From positions 176,824,001 to 176,888,000 of the forward strand of contig OZ024743.1 of the NCBI GenBank assembly GCA_964016885.1: a stretch of DNA of 64,000 nt, written 5' to 3'. The translations under genes were made by a program, and so were the position numbers. The notes beneath the pieces were generated by a model. That model was not told where the DNA came from. It saw nothing but the letters and a program-made list of their open reading frames with translations, and ran no database searches. The stretch comes from Eledone cirrhosa. Lineage: Eukaryota. Shown here in pieces: positions 42,401 to 55,899 of this stretch (position 1 is the first letter of the stretch; every line of letters begins with the position of its first letter).

Positions 42401-45232
42401 GTACACATTCACACACATACACTCATTAATACATGTACACATTCACACACATACACTCATTAATACATGTACACATTCACACACATACACTCATTAATAC
42501 ATGTAGACATTCACACACATACACTCATTAATACATGTACATATTCACACACATACACTCATTAATACATGTAGACATTCACACACATACACTCATTAAT
42601 ACATGTACACATTCACACACATACACTCATTAATACATGTACACATTCACACACATACACTCATTAATACATGTACACATTCACACACATACACTCATTA
42701 ATACATGTAGACATTCACACACATACACTCATTAATACATGTAGACATTCACACACATACACTCATTAATACATGTAGACATTCACACACATACACTCAT
42801 TAATACATCTACACATTCACACACACATACACTCATTAACACATGTACACATTCACACACATACACTCATTAATACATGTAGACATTCACACACATACAC
42901 TCATTAATACATGTAGACATTCACACACATACACTCATGGCTACATGTACACATTCACACACACATACACTCATTAATACATGTAGACATTCACACACAT
43001 ACACTCATTAATACAAGTACACATACACTCATTAATACATGTAGACATTCACACACATACACTCATTAATACATGTACATATTCACACACATACACTCAT
43101 TAATACATGTACACATTTACACACATACACTCATGGCTACATGTACACATTCACACACATACACTCATGGCTACATGTACACATTCACACACATACACTC
43201 ATTAATACATGTACACATTCACACACATACACTCATTAATACATGTAGACATTCACACACATACACTCATTAATACATGTACAGATTCACACACATACAC
43301 TCATTAATACATGTAGACATTCACACACATACACTCATTAATACATGTACACATTAACACACATACACTCATGGCTACATGTACACATTCACACACATAC
43401 ACTCATTAATACATGTACACATTCACACACATACACCCATGGCTACATGTACACATTCACGCACACATACACTCATTAATACATGCAGACATTCACACAC
43501 ATACACTCATTGCTACATGTGGACATTCACACACATACACTCATTAATACATGTACACATTCACACACATACTCATTAATACATGTACACATTCACACAC
43601 ATACACTCATTAATACATGTACACATTCACACACACATACACTCATTAATACATGTACACATTCACTCATTAATACATGTACACATTCACACACACATAC
43701 ACTCATTAATACATGTAGACATTCACACACGTACACTCATTAATACATGTACACATTCACACACATACACTCATTAATACATGTAGACATTCACACACAT
43801 ACACTCATTAATACATGTACACATTCACACACATACACTCATGGCTACATGTACACATTCACACACATACACTCATTAATACATGTACACATTCACACAC
43901 ATACACTCATTAATACATGTAGACATTCACACACATAGACTCATGGCTACATGTACACATTCTCACACACATACACTCATTAATACATGTAGACATTCAC
44001 ACACATACACTCATTAATACATGTACACATTCACACACATACACTCATTAAAACATGTAGACATTCACACACATACACTCATTAATACATGTACACATTC
44101 ACACACATACACTCATTAATACATGTACACATTCACACACATACACTCATTAATACATGTACACATTCACACACATACACTCATTAATACATGTACACAT
44201 TCACACACATACACTCATTAATACATGTAGACATTCACACACATACACTCATTAATACATGTACACATTCACACACATACACTCATTAATACATGTAGAC
44301 ATTCACACACATACACTCATTAATACATGTACACATTCACACATATACACTCATTAATACATGTACACATTCACACACATACACTCATTAATACATGTAG
44401 ACATTCACACACATACACTCATTAATACATGTAGACATTCACACACATACACTCATTAATACATGTAGACATTCAGACACATACAATCATTAATACATGT
44501 AGACATTCACACACATACACCCATGGCTACATGTAGACATTCACACACATACAATCATTAATACATGTAGACATTCACACACATACAATCATTAATACAT
44601 GTAGATATTCACACACATACACTCATTAATACATGTAGACATTCACACACATACACTCATTAATACATGTACACATTCTCACACATACACTCATTAATAC
44701 ATGTAGACATTCACACACATACACTCATTAATACATGTACACATTCACACACATACACTCATTAATACATGTAGACATTCACACACATACACTCATTAAT
44801 ACATGTAGACATTCACACACATACGCTCATTAATACATGTACACATTCACACACATACACTCATTAATACATGTACACATTCACACACATACACTCATTA
44901 ATACATGTACACATTCACACACATACACTCATTAATACATGTACACATTCACACATACACTCATGGCTACATGTAGACATTCACACACATACACTCATTA
45001 ATACATGTAGACATTCACACACACATACACTCATTAATACATGTAGACATTCACACACATACACTCATTAATACATGTAGACATTCACACACATACACTC
45101 ATTAATACATGTAGACATTCACACACACATACACTCATTAATACATGTACACATTCACACATACACTCATTAATACATGTACACATTCACACACATACAC
45201 TCATTAATACATGTACACATTCACATATACAC
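24419..45232. repeat. ~20.8-kb satellite array of 34-bp monomer (catacactcattaatacatgta[c/g]acattcacaca), ~600 units, with higher-order repeats
   Basis: Monomer is directly visible. Identical ORFs recur at 31439/34800/38161 (3361-bp period), 40887/43073 and 41193/43379 (2186 bp), and 38735/39811 (1076 bp). Confidence 0.98.
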
Positions 45233-45329
45233 ATACATCGATATATACACATATACACACTAAGACTTCATACATATTCAATGCTACAAAGATGACAATT
45301 ACCAAAATATACCCCACCTTCCTCACTGT

Positions 45330-45800
45330 CACAACAACAACAAAAACAGCAGCAACAGCGACGACAGCAGCAACGGCAACAACAACAACAACAATAGCAA
45401 CAACATCATCCGCAGGAGCAGCAGCAATAACAGCAGCAAAAACAGAAGCAACAACCACCACAACAAACAACTAGATCAAGATCATCATCAACAAAATCAT
45501 CAACATCAACAATATCAGCAACATCATCAACAACAACAACAGCAACAAGATCATCAACATCAACATCAACAGCAACATCATCATCACCATCATCATCATC
45601 AACAAAACCATCAACATCAGCAGCAACATCATCATCAACATCAACAAAATCATCACCATCAACAACATCAGCAACAATATCAACAAAATCATCACCATCA
45701 ACAACAACAGCAGCAACATCATCATTAACAACATCATCACCATCAACAAGAACAGCAACAACAGCACCAATCCCATCATCATCATCATCATCATCGACAA
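45330..45800. repeat. Mixed (CAA/CAT/CAG)n trinucleotide low-complexity tract
   Basis: Visible in sequence; produces homopolymer-like spurious ORFs. Confidence 0.85.
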
Positions 45801-46339
45801 CAATGGTTATAACCAACAAATGAACAACCCCCACCCACCCCCACCCCCTCAAAACTAACAAGAGAAAGCCTTCAACAATAGCTGTGTGTTTCATGTGAAA
45901 TAAGATATTCATGAAAGGTATAATACAGAGACCAATTTGGCTATGGATGTCGTGTAATCAAGTTGAAATATGCATCTCATTAGGCAGGTTTAAACTACTA
46001 CACTATAACACTAACATGTTACTACTACTACTACTACTACACTAGGAGACCAGCATGTTACTACTACTACTACACTAGGAGACCAGCATGTTACTACTAC
46101 TACTACTGCTGCTGTTACTACTGCTACTACTACACTATAACACCAACATACTACTACAACTGTTTCTGAATATTTTGACTGTAGAGAACTACCAATTCTA
46201 AAGATTATTAGACTACGCACAGAACTTTTAATGAGTTGTATACACACACATACACACACCTACACACATACACACACACTCAATTGGAGACAATAAAGCA
46301 TTTAAAAGGACACAAGTTTGGGACAAGCATGTGACAAGC

Positions 46340-47660
46340 TCTCTAGAGCTGTTGCCATGATAAAATGCACTCAGTATATCCTGTAAATTACTAGTGCTGG
46401 TGCCACAATAAAATACACTCAGGACATCCTCTAAATTGTTAGTGCTGGTGCCATTATAAAATGCACCCAGTACATCCTGTAAATTGTTAGTACTGGTGCC
46501 ATTATAAAATGCACCCAGTACATCCTGTAAATTGTTAGTACTGGTGCCATTATAAAATGCACCCAGTACATCCTGTAAATTGTTAGTACTGGTGCCATTA
46601 TAAAATGCACCCAGTACATCCTGTAAATTGTTAGTACTGGTGCCATTATAAAATGCACCCAGTACATCCTGTAAATTGTTAGTACTGGTGCCATTATAAA
46701 ATGCACCCAGCACATCCTGTAAATTGTTAGTACTGGTGCCAATATAAAATGCACCCAGTACATCCTGTACATTGTTAGTACTGGTACCATTATAAAATGC
46801 ACCCAGTACATCCTGTAAATTGTTAGTACTGGTGCCATTATAAAATGCAGCCAGTACATCCTGTAAATTGTTAGTACTGGTACCATTATAAAATGCACCC
46901 AGTACATCCTGTACATTTAGTACTGGTGCCATTATAAAATGCACCCAGTACATCCTGTAAATTGTTAGTACTGGTACCATTATAAAATGCACCCAGTACA
47001 TCCTGTAAATTGTTAGTACTGGTGCCAATATAAAATGCACCCAGTACATCCTGTAAATTGTTAGTACTGGTACCATTATAAAATGTACCCAGTACATCCT
47101 GTAAATTGTTAGTACTGGTGCCATTATAAAATGCACCCAGTACATCCTGTAAATTGTTAGTACTGGTACCATTATAAAATGCACCCAGTACATCCTGTAA
47201 ATTGTTAGTACTGGTACCATTATAAAATGCACCCAGTACATCCTGTAAATTGTTAGTGCTGGTGCCATTATAAAATGCATCCAGTACATCCTGTAAATTG
47301 TTAGTGCTGGTGCCATTATAAAATGCATCCAGTACATCCTGTAAATTGTTAGTAGTGATACCATTATAAAATGCACCCAGTACATCCTGTAAATTGTTAG
47401 TGCTGGTGCCACGATGAAATGTACCCAGTATATGCTGTAAAGTATGTGTTGATGCCATGATAAAATGCACACTGTATATGCTGTAAAGTATGTGTTGGTG
47501 TCATGATAAAGTGCAACCACAACATGTTGAAAAATGTTAGTATTGCAGCATATGACAATCTCTCTAGAGCTGATGCAACAATAAAATACACCCAGTGCAC
47601 CCAGTAAATTGTTGGTGCTGGAACCACGATAAAATGTACCGAGTACCCTCTGTAAAGTGG
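46340..47660. repeat. 48-bp minisatellite (ccattataaaatgcacccagtacatcctgtaaattgttagtactggtg), ~20 homogeneous units plus diverged edge units
   Basis: Visible in sequence; the minus-strand ORFs show 16-aa periodicity. Confidence 0.95.
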
Positions 47661-48000
47661 TGGGGCTGTGGGGAACCCATGACAAGCTTCTCCACTCTGC
47701 ATGTTGGTTGCATATCCTCTCACCAATCACACCCCACTTGCTGTCATTTCCTCCACCATCATCCCCAACCATGTCCTTCTTGGTCTTCCCCTTTCTTGTC
47801 CTCTTCCTCACATTCATCATAAGAAATACAATGACAACTGTAAGATTTTAATATTTTTGATCTGAAAACTGTACAATGCAGCAAAGAACTTATTTTGCTG
47901 TTTCCCATATATCATCAAAATTAGTAAAGGAAGAAAAAACATCTTGAACCCTCTAGCATTTACATTATACATACTATTGTATTTTCACAGTAAAGGCTAT

Positions 48001-48782
48001 CATCATCATCATCATCAACGTTTAACGTCCGTGTTCCACGCTTGCATGGGTTTGGACGGGGGTTTTCCCACTTGAGGCAAGAGTGATTGTCTTGCTCGCA
48101 TAGGACTGTCTGGCAGGTTTTCTACAGTTGGATGCCCTTCCTAACACCAACCACATTTACAGTGTGGGTCTGGGAGGTTTTTACCGTGTTGCCTACATGG
48201 CCACATTACAGCGTGGACTGTGTGTTTTTTTGTCGTGACACCTACACGATGTCATTTGTTTCGGCCTGGATGGTGTGGCACCAACATAACTTTACATAAA
48301 AGGGGGCGGTGTGGATGGGGTGGGGGGACGGGGGTGTATTTTGTTAGAGATGCCTACTGACTGTAGTAGGTTTTACTTTGTATTTAGGTAAGGCGGGTCT
48401 TCTCTATTACTGAGTACCGCCAAAGGTCTCGGTCCAGTGACATTGTCTTGGTGTGGTGTAAGTGTGTGAGGTCGGAGTTTATCAGCTCGTCCCGGGTTTT
48501 TCTGGGCCTGCCTATTCCGTGGCTACCGTCTATCTTTATTGCCCTGCACTTTGTTATACAGCTATCGTCCTTCATGCGCATCACGTGACCATACCAACGT
48601 AGCCTTCTCTTGTTTAAACAACATCTGATCCCTCTTATTTCTAATTTTTTCCTTAGTTCGTTTATGCTTTGCCGTTCACGTATATTACTATTACACATCC
48701 AGTGGAGCATGCAAGCTTCGTTTCTCTCTAGTCTGCGTATATCCTCTGCACACAATGCCCAGGTCTCACTGCCATGCAACAT
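48001..48782 (-). mobile_element. RTE LINE 3' fragment; near-identical inverted partner of 59483-60273
   Basis: LHGSETWALCAEDIRRLERNEACML...RRLRWYGHVMRMKDD...KTRLT plus the same 3'UTR and (gat)n tail. Confidence 0.92.
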
Positions 48783-49004
48783 TATCTCACATAAATAATT
48801 ATTTCACAAAATATCAAAGCTAGGAGATCCTGATGTTATTTATTTTAAGAACACTACCTTAACATAAGTATGAGCTTATGGCCAGTTTAACAAAAACAGG
48901 GGAGAGAATTCTAGCTGGATACAGCCAGTTTAAATGCTAAAGGGATATAAGAAAATAACAACAGGAGAACAGTACAATGATGGTAAATTAGTTCAAAATG
49001 TGAA

Positions 49005-49280
49005 CACATGTAGCTTAGTGGTAAATGTGTTGGACTTATGATCATAATGTCATGGGTTCGTTTTTTAGACTGGGTTGTGTGTTGTGTTCTTGAGTAAAAT
49101 ACTTCATTTCACATTGCTCCAGTATACTCAGCTGAAAATAAGTGCCAGAAATAGCTGGGGATTTAACCCTGCGATGGATTGACGTCCTGTCCAGTGGGGA
49201 GAATCATGTACTCTCAGTTGCTTCATACCGCGGAGACCAGGGTAAGTACTGGCTTGATGAGACTCTGGGCTTGAGATTTT
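49005..49280 (+). mobile_element. Diverged tRNA-derived SINE
   Basis: tagcttagtggtaa...gggttcg...gtgttgtgttcttgagtaaaatacttcatttcacattgctccag. Confidence 0.7.
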
Positions 49281-49544
49281 AGATATTAGTTCAGTGTGTG
49301 ATATAGTTGGAAAATAGTTTTATGTTTTGGGTGCTAGTCCTTCATTGGAAAAGGGAAAAAGAAAGGAACGAAGATGTGTGGAAGAGAGAAGAGAAAGGAA
49401 AGATGAAAGTAAAAAAGAAAACAGGGAAAAAAGGTAGAGAAGTGAGAAAATATGTGTTGTTGTTAGACAGCCAGCTATGTAGTCTTTTTATTTTATATAT
49501 ACATATGTATATATGGGATATATGTGTGGAAGTGTGTAGTTATT

Positions 49545-50230
49545 ATCATCATCACCATTTAATGTCTATTTTCCACACTAGCATAGGTTAGACGAGTTGT
49601 CCCATTGTGAGACAAGTCAGAGCAGATGACTTTGTCTTGCTTAAACAGAACTGTTTCTGGCTTGGTTTCTATGGCTGGATGCCCTTCCTAATGCCAAAGC
49701 ATTTACAGCATGGAGGAGGTGCTTTTTATCATATCACCAAGTGACCAACTGACAGGTTAGACTGAGTGCTTTTTGTCATGTCACCAACACGACCACTTTA
49801 CAAACTGGACTAAGCACTTTTAATTACATCACCAACGCAACCACTTTATAGGGCAGACTGGATGCTTTTTATTGTGTCACCAACATTACCACTTTACAGG
49901 GTGAGCTGGGTGCTTTTTTTGTCTCACCAACATGACCAATTTACTGGATGGGATAGGTCCTTTTTGTCATGTCACCACACAACCACTTTACACTGTGGAC
50001 TGGGTGCTTATTTGTCATGCCCACCAGATTACAAAATGGGGAACCTATCAAATGCTTTCTCCAAGTCAACAAATACCAAGTAGAGGGGTTTACTTTTAGC
50101 TAGGTACTTCTCCTGCAGTTACCTGACAAGGAGAGAGCATCAGTGGGTACTTTTACCTGGCACAAACCAGAACTGCATCTCATTTAGGTTAATTCAATCC
50201 TTAATCAGTTGTACAATGACTCTTTATAAG
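49545..50230 (-). mobile_element. RTE 3'UTR-derived repeat followed by an RTE RT fragment (50030-50230)
   Basis: Tail plus ~42-bp units gacca ctttaca..gactgggtgcttttt; then YLAKSKPLYLVFVDLEKAFDRFP on the minus strand. Confidence 0.75.
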
Positions 50231-51559
50231 TATGACTTAACTCAACCCATGCCTACTGTGAACCCAAGCAAATGCAAACCACAATCATATAATCGTCTCT
50301 ACCCAGAATACTATACATCAGCAGCCATAAATTATATTCAAACACATCCTGCAAAATCATATTAAAGACTTCTCAGTCAAACAACCATCCTGCTCCAATT
50401 ACTGGTATAGAGGTGACAGACATCACCAGGCTGCAGCCATCATATTATATATTTACTCTATTCCTCTGTCTCTTTTTGTTTTTATTTGTCTCCTTTATAA
50501 TATAATTATGATTTAATTAAAATCTGCAGCTTTGTTTTGTCATTAACAATTGCAAAAGAATTGTTCCCCAATGACAACAATTTGGTATTACAATACATAT
50601 TGTTATTACATCATGGAAGAAAAGACTAATTCTTAACTATAGTTACATCAACAACATCTTTTAACTACCTCCTGCGTTTCTTTTGTTCAATGCTGAGTTT
50701 TCTGTACAGAAATATAACCCAAAGAATTCAAGTCGTCAATGTAAAAACACAGCTGCTTATTTTATTTGTTTTATATTTTTACATATTTTTTTCACTACTT
50801 TATATTTTGTATTTTATTCCTTCATTTATTATGTATATATATATATATATATATATTGTAGAGAAGATCATGATGTGAATGAAATGTGTTCAACCATTTT
50901 GCCAAACTCACAACAACAACTGTTGCAATGCGCTGACACAGGAACCCGTACATGGTTATTCAATTTGCTAGAAATAATAACAGTGAAATACTTCTCAAAT
51001 CACACCCTACAGTAAAGTAAAGACACATGAGATAATGTAGTCATAGATACTCTATAATGGCTGACAAACAGCACCACATTCTTTTGTTATCTGTTTTCTT
51101 TTTACATCACATCTGCCTTCCTTTTTCTCTTTTCCTCTCATCTACCTTCCTTTGTCTTCTTTACTCTATGTTTTTTTTTCTGTTTTCATTTCCCTCTTAT
51201 CTGTTTTCCTTTTTTTTCTCTCCTAAACATCCTCTCCTCTTTCACTTTCCGATGGTGAATACTAGTGTCCGAAATGTTAAGATTCTTTGCCAACTCTATC
51301 AAGCATTAAACTAATAACCCACTATTGTATTATATTGTTCTCTTGTATTGTTTTTCCTTGTGGACACTTCTAAAAAAAAACAATGAAATGAAAGCTGAGT
51401 CAATCAACAATCTCGGCTGGAATGCTTTTGATCATAGGTTTGATCAGTCAGAACTGATCCAGGGCTAAACAACAATCATCACAGCTATGATTTATAGTAT
51501 TTCTCTTATGCAAAGCATACATTTAACAAAACGTTATGATTGTTCATATATCCATCCAG

Positions 51560-51860
51560 TTTTGTAGCCCACATTCATCACTAATGACCAAGGTTTTGCA
51601 CCTAGAAAGTTTCCCTCTGAGGCACAAGCCTGGGCAAAGTTTATTGGAAGACTAGCAGTTGCCTATGCATAACAGTCTCTCCTCTCCATGCCACCGATAT
51701 TATCCAAGGGACGTTGCAACTCATTTCTACAACCGAGTAAACTGGAACAACGTGAAATAAAGTGTCTTGCTCAAGGACACAATGCATCACCCAGTCCAAG
51801 AATCAAACTCACAACCTCTCAATTGCAAGCCCAACTCTTTAACCACTAAGCCATGCACCT
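51560..51860 (-). mobile_element. tRNA-derived SINE
   Basis: Reverse complement gives tggcttagtggttaaag...gaggttgtgagtttgattc...gtgtccttgagcaagacactttatttcacg. Confidence 0.8.
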
Positions 51861-52349
51861 TCATAATCTTGTTATATATGAAACACGAATCCTGAACTCT
51901 AATAATTAAATACATTCAATGGTATTGCCATCATTATTGACGTTACTGGTCCACCATTCTAATATAATTAATATGCCTGGAGTGTCTGTGTTGATGCTCA
52001 TTGTTCAAATTCAAATTTCCGGAACAAGGAAGTATGACAGCATAGTATCAAAGGGAGATAATTCTTCCAGGGATGTATTTTTTTTTTTTTTACATACTTT
52101 TATGAATTAAACAAATATAATGCTAGAAATTACTTTGGAAAATGAATGTCAAATAATCTGTTGTATTTCTCTCTGTTCACCACATCGTGAGGCTATTCTC
52201 CTACAGTCTTGAAAAGACAACCACAAATTAAAGAGACTAGACCTAGAGCGAATAAAGTTAAGACAGCATTTTATAGCTATTAGAAAAATTCATCGAAGGA
52301 GACTTAATCTAAAATTGAAGATGTATTTAAAGAGCACATATACAAATAC

Positions 52350-52560
52350 ATGTATAGCTTAGTGGTTAGGTTGTTGGGCTATGAGTTCAATTCCCGAAAC
52401 AGGTAGCATATTGTGTCCTTGAGCAAGACATTTAAAAAAATATAATGAAAATTATTGTGTACAGTGCTCAGGTGCACTACAACTCATCAAAGGTGCATGT
52501 ATAGTATATAGAATAATGTATAAATGTCAGGAAAGTGAACAGAGTATGAGTGATAATATA
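52350..52560. mobile_element. SINE head (52350-52430, +) abutting a CR1 3'-tail fragment (52441-52560, -)
   Basis: Reverse complement of 52441-52560 matches the CR1 tail at 7981-8060 (gagttgtagtgcacctgagcactgtacacaata). Confidence 0.75.
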
Positions 52561-52664
52561 CACACAGATACACAAGTTTTATTTTCTATTGTGCCAGTCC
52601 TCAACTGGAAGAAATGAATCACAATGACACCTGTGCCAAGCAGTAATTTAGTGTGTATATATAG

Positions 52665-53065
52665 CATCATCATCGTCATCATTTAACGTCCATCTTCCAT
52701 GCTAGCATGGGTTAGACGGTTTTGTTCCATTTGATGCGGGATTGGTCAGGAGAATGTGTCTCGCTCGTACAGAACTGTCTCTGGCAGGTTTTTTACGGCT
52801 GGATGCCCTTCCTAACAACAACCACATTTACAGTGTGGACTGGATGCTTTTTGTTGTGTCACTGACACAGTGGATGGAAATGGGAGGATGGGGTAGGGTG
52901 TGTGGGGCGGGGTGTATATTGGGTCAAGAGGTGCCTACTGACTGTAGGTTTGTATGCAAGGGAAGGCAGGTCTTCTGTACAACTGCATAGCGTCAAAGGT
53001 CAGTTTTTATCACCTTGTCCCAGGTTTTTCTTGGTCTACTCACTCTGTAGCTTCCATTAATTTTC
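52665..53065 (-). mobile_element. RTE 3'-end fragment
   Basis: SRPRKTWDKVIKTDL, UTR motif tgcctactgactgtag, ggatgcccttcctaac and the catttaacgtccat tail. Confidence 0.75.
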
Positions 53066-53069
53066 ATTG

Positions 53070-53114
<45 letters not shown>

Positions 53115-53375
53115 ATATGAGTTGCAATGACACTGGTGCCAAGCTGTATTGATCTTTGTCATTCTCTATGACATCATATATTGTGTGTATATAGTATATA
53201 TATATAAGTTGTGATAACCCTGACGCCAAGTATTGGCTGTTGTCATTCCATTGGATGACATCAATGGTGTGTGGGGGGGGGGAAGACTTGTATACATGAG
53301 CCACTGCTGATATTCTACAAAACCTCTTGCCCCAGACTTGTGCCTTGAAAAAGAAATTTTTGAGTGTATAAGGCC

Positions 53376-55316
53376 TTAATCCCTTTGATACCAAGCCTCT
53401 TTTGATTCCATGCTACAAAACGGTTTATTCCAAAATATTTATATTCATCTAAACAATTTCCATCATAATTTTCTGTAACATTCTTTGTTAAGTCTTGTCC
53501 CAAATGCCTGCTGAACTTTTTTGATACAAGCCGTCTGAAAATGGCTGTGACACTATGCTACAAAATGGTTTATTTTCAAGTGTTTATATTTATCTAAAAA
53601 CCTCCCATCATAATTTTATGTAAAAACCTTTTTTAAGTTCCAAATACCAGTTGAGAAAGTTAGTCATATTACAAATTTCTCCAAATTATTGCTTGTTTTC
53701 AAAATGTATAAATTGTCTTTAACCCTTTAGTTACCAACCCAGCCAAAACCGACTCTGGTTCTATGAAATAAAATCACCCATTTTAAAGGTTTTCAATTTA
53801 AATTAAAATCTTCCAACATAATTTTATATAAGAACCTCATATTAAGTTACTATCTAAGTAATCAAATAATTAATAATTTTTGTAAATCCCTCAAAATTCT
53901 TCACTAATTAATTAAAATAGAGTGTATTTCATTAGAAATGCTGTCATGAAAGGGTTAATTAGGAATATTGTAGATAAAGGATTAATAATGAGAAAGTTAG
54001 TAATATTACTAAATCCCTCTAAATTCTTGGTTATTTTCAAAATGATTTGAAAATCATAGGCAGTGTTTTTCATTTGAAATATTGTAAGGAAAGGGTTAAC
54101 AATTTAATGAGTCAGACATTCAGAAAAGGGTCATAGGCACTGTCATTCTCTTCACAGAATAAACAGTTAAAAACAAAAACAAACAACCAAAACAATCCAG
54201 GCCCATTATAAAAGGTCAGATTGGATGGCGTAGTCATGGGTTCCCTGTACACATGAGAAAGATATGATGGTCACTGTTATCATTATATAATTATTGTCAT
54301 TAAAAAACAGCAACAGCAGTAGCAACAGCCAAAGACTAGCAACAATTATTCACCAATCTTGTTGTGGAATATAAAACAATCTAGATACATACAAATATGC
54401 AATATAATTTGTTCAATGGTGTGGAAGAAATTTAGGTGAGACGAGCTGACATTAAGCCTTACAACGCCCATTACGTTACACTAATCAAAAACAGAAATAT
54501 AAAATTGTTATTGCTTGCGACGTTTGTCTTTCTCTTTACAATTTATTTTTTGTTTTTTCCCTTTTACCAGTTCATTTCATTTTATGCTTCATTGACCCAA
54601 TTGTCTGGAAGAAGACTCACTGGAGCAGTAAAATTAAGTATGCTGGGTCCTCCATCGTTTTCAATGATGAGCATCAGATAGTTTCATCAAAGTAGCTACT
54701 ATTACTACTACAACTCACTACTAACAAACTATGCAAATGTTTCTCTCTCTCTCTCTTTTTCCCTTCCCCACTCTCTCCCTCACTTTCTTTTTCACTCCTC
54801 TCTTTTTCTCTCTCTCTTACTTTTTCTTTATGAACCATTTTGATACCAGCCTGGTTCTGGTTGTATGAAATGAAACCAAATATTTTAAAGGTTTTCTATT
54901 TAAATTAAAGTCTTCAAACATACTTTTATTTATGAACCATTATGTTAACTCTTTTGATATAAAATTGCAATAAATTACCCAAGGTTTTACAGTACAAAAC
55001 ATACTTTAAGGGTGTTTATATTTATCTAAAAAAAACCTTCCATCATAGTTTTATGTAAGAAAATGTGTTTGTTCCAGCTTAATAATTTAAAAAATGTGTG
55101 TAGTTGTATTACTAGATCTATCCAAATTCTTCATTATTTACAATATGATTTGAAAAGTATAGCCAATGTCTTTCAGGAAAAATATGGTAAGGAAAAGGTT
55201 AAGAAAAAACAAGAAACTTAGTAATAAATAATTAACAATTTTTGGAAATTCATCAAAATTGTTCATAAATTTAATACAATGTATTTCATTAGAAATATGG
55301 TTACAAAAGGGTTAAG
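53376..55316. mobile_element. Cluster of piggyBac-like MITEs; best copy 53723-53954
   Basis: TTAA|ccctttag...tgaaaggg|TTAA, with further degenerate ends (taatccctttgatacc, aagggttaa at ~54092 and ~55308) and repeated internal motifs. Confidence 0.6.
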
Positions 55317-55504
55317 CCACTAATTTTTAAAAAAGAGAGTTAAGAAACAGCAAGAAAATAGGCAGTTATGTTATAGAATTTCTTTGAAATCGTTGTAGGC
55401 AGGCCATAATATTTAGTCTTTGTGGTGTTGGTTGCATTAAATTTCTAAAAAATCTGATATTTCTTCTCAAATTTTATCTTTAACAAGTGAAATATAATGA
55501 AGAG

Positions 55505-55536
<32 letters not shown>

Positions 55537-55899
55537 CCATTTAACGTTTGTTAGATGGTGATGATGATGATGTGTCTCTCTATTTTGCTAGTGTCAGGTG
55601 CAGTAACCGTTTCAACCAATCAGCACTGACGGAACTATTTCTAAAACAATAAGTTCATGTGAGTGTGTATGTATTGCCTTTCCTTTGCATTTTTGCTGTG
55701 TGCATATGTGTGTGTATACATATATGTGTGTATGCATGCTTGTGTGTAATATTACATGCATGCGTGTGTTTGTATGTTTTGTATGGTATGTATGTTGTGC
55801 ATATACAGTGTATGTGTGTATGTATGCATGTGTGTATGTATGCTTGTGTGTGTGTGTGCTTTATATTAATATTGGTTCATTTATAAAGATATAAATTGC

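Noticed and set aside
24419-45232. Dozens of His/Thr-rich ORFs and a CRISPR-like 34-bp repeat length
   Set aside because: The ORFs are translations of the satellite. The units are head-to-tail with no unique spacers, there are no cas genes, and the context is eukaryotic.
45204-45912. Asp/Val-, Met/Leu- and Thr/Ala-rich ORFs
   Set aside because: Translations of a trinucleotide low-complexity tract.
46228-47820. 530-aa ORF as a real repeat protein
   Set aside because: It arises from a 48-bp SINE-derived minisatellite, changes repeat frame at an indel, and has low-complexity flanks; no splice or homology support.
54540-54700. Splice-like signals on both strands in unique sequence
   Set aside because: No recognisable peptide or partner exon.
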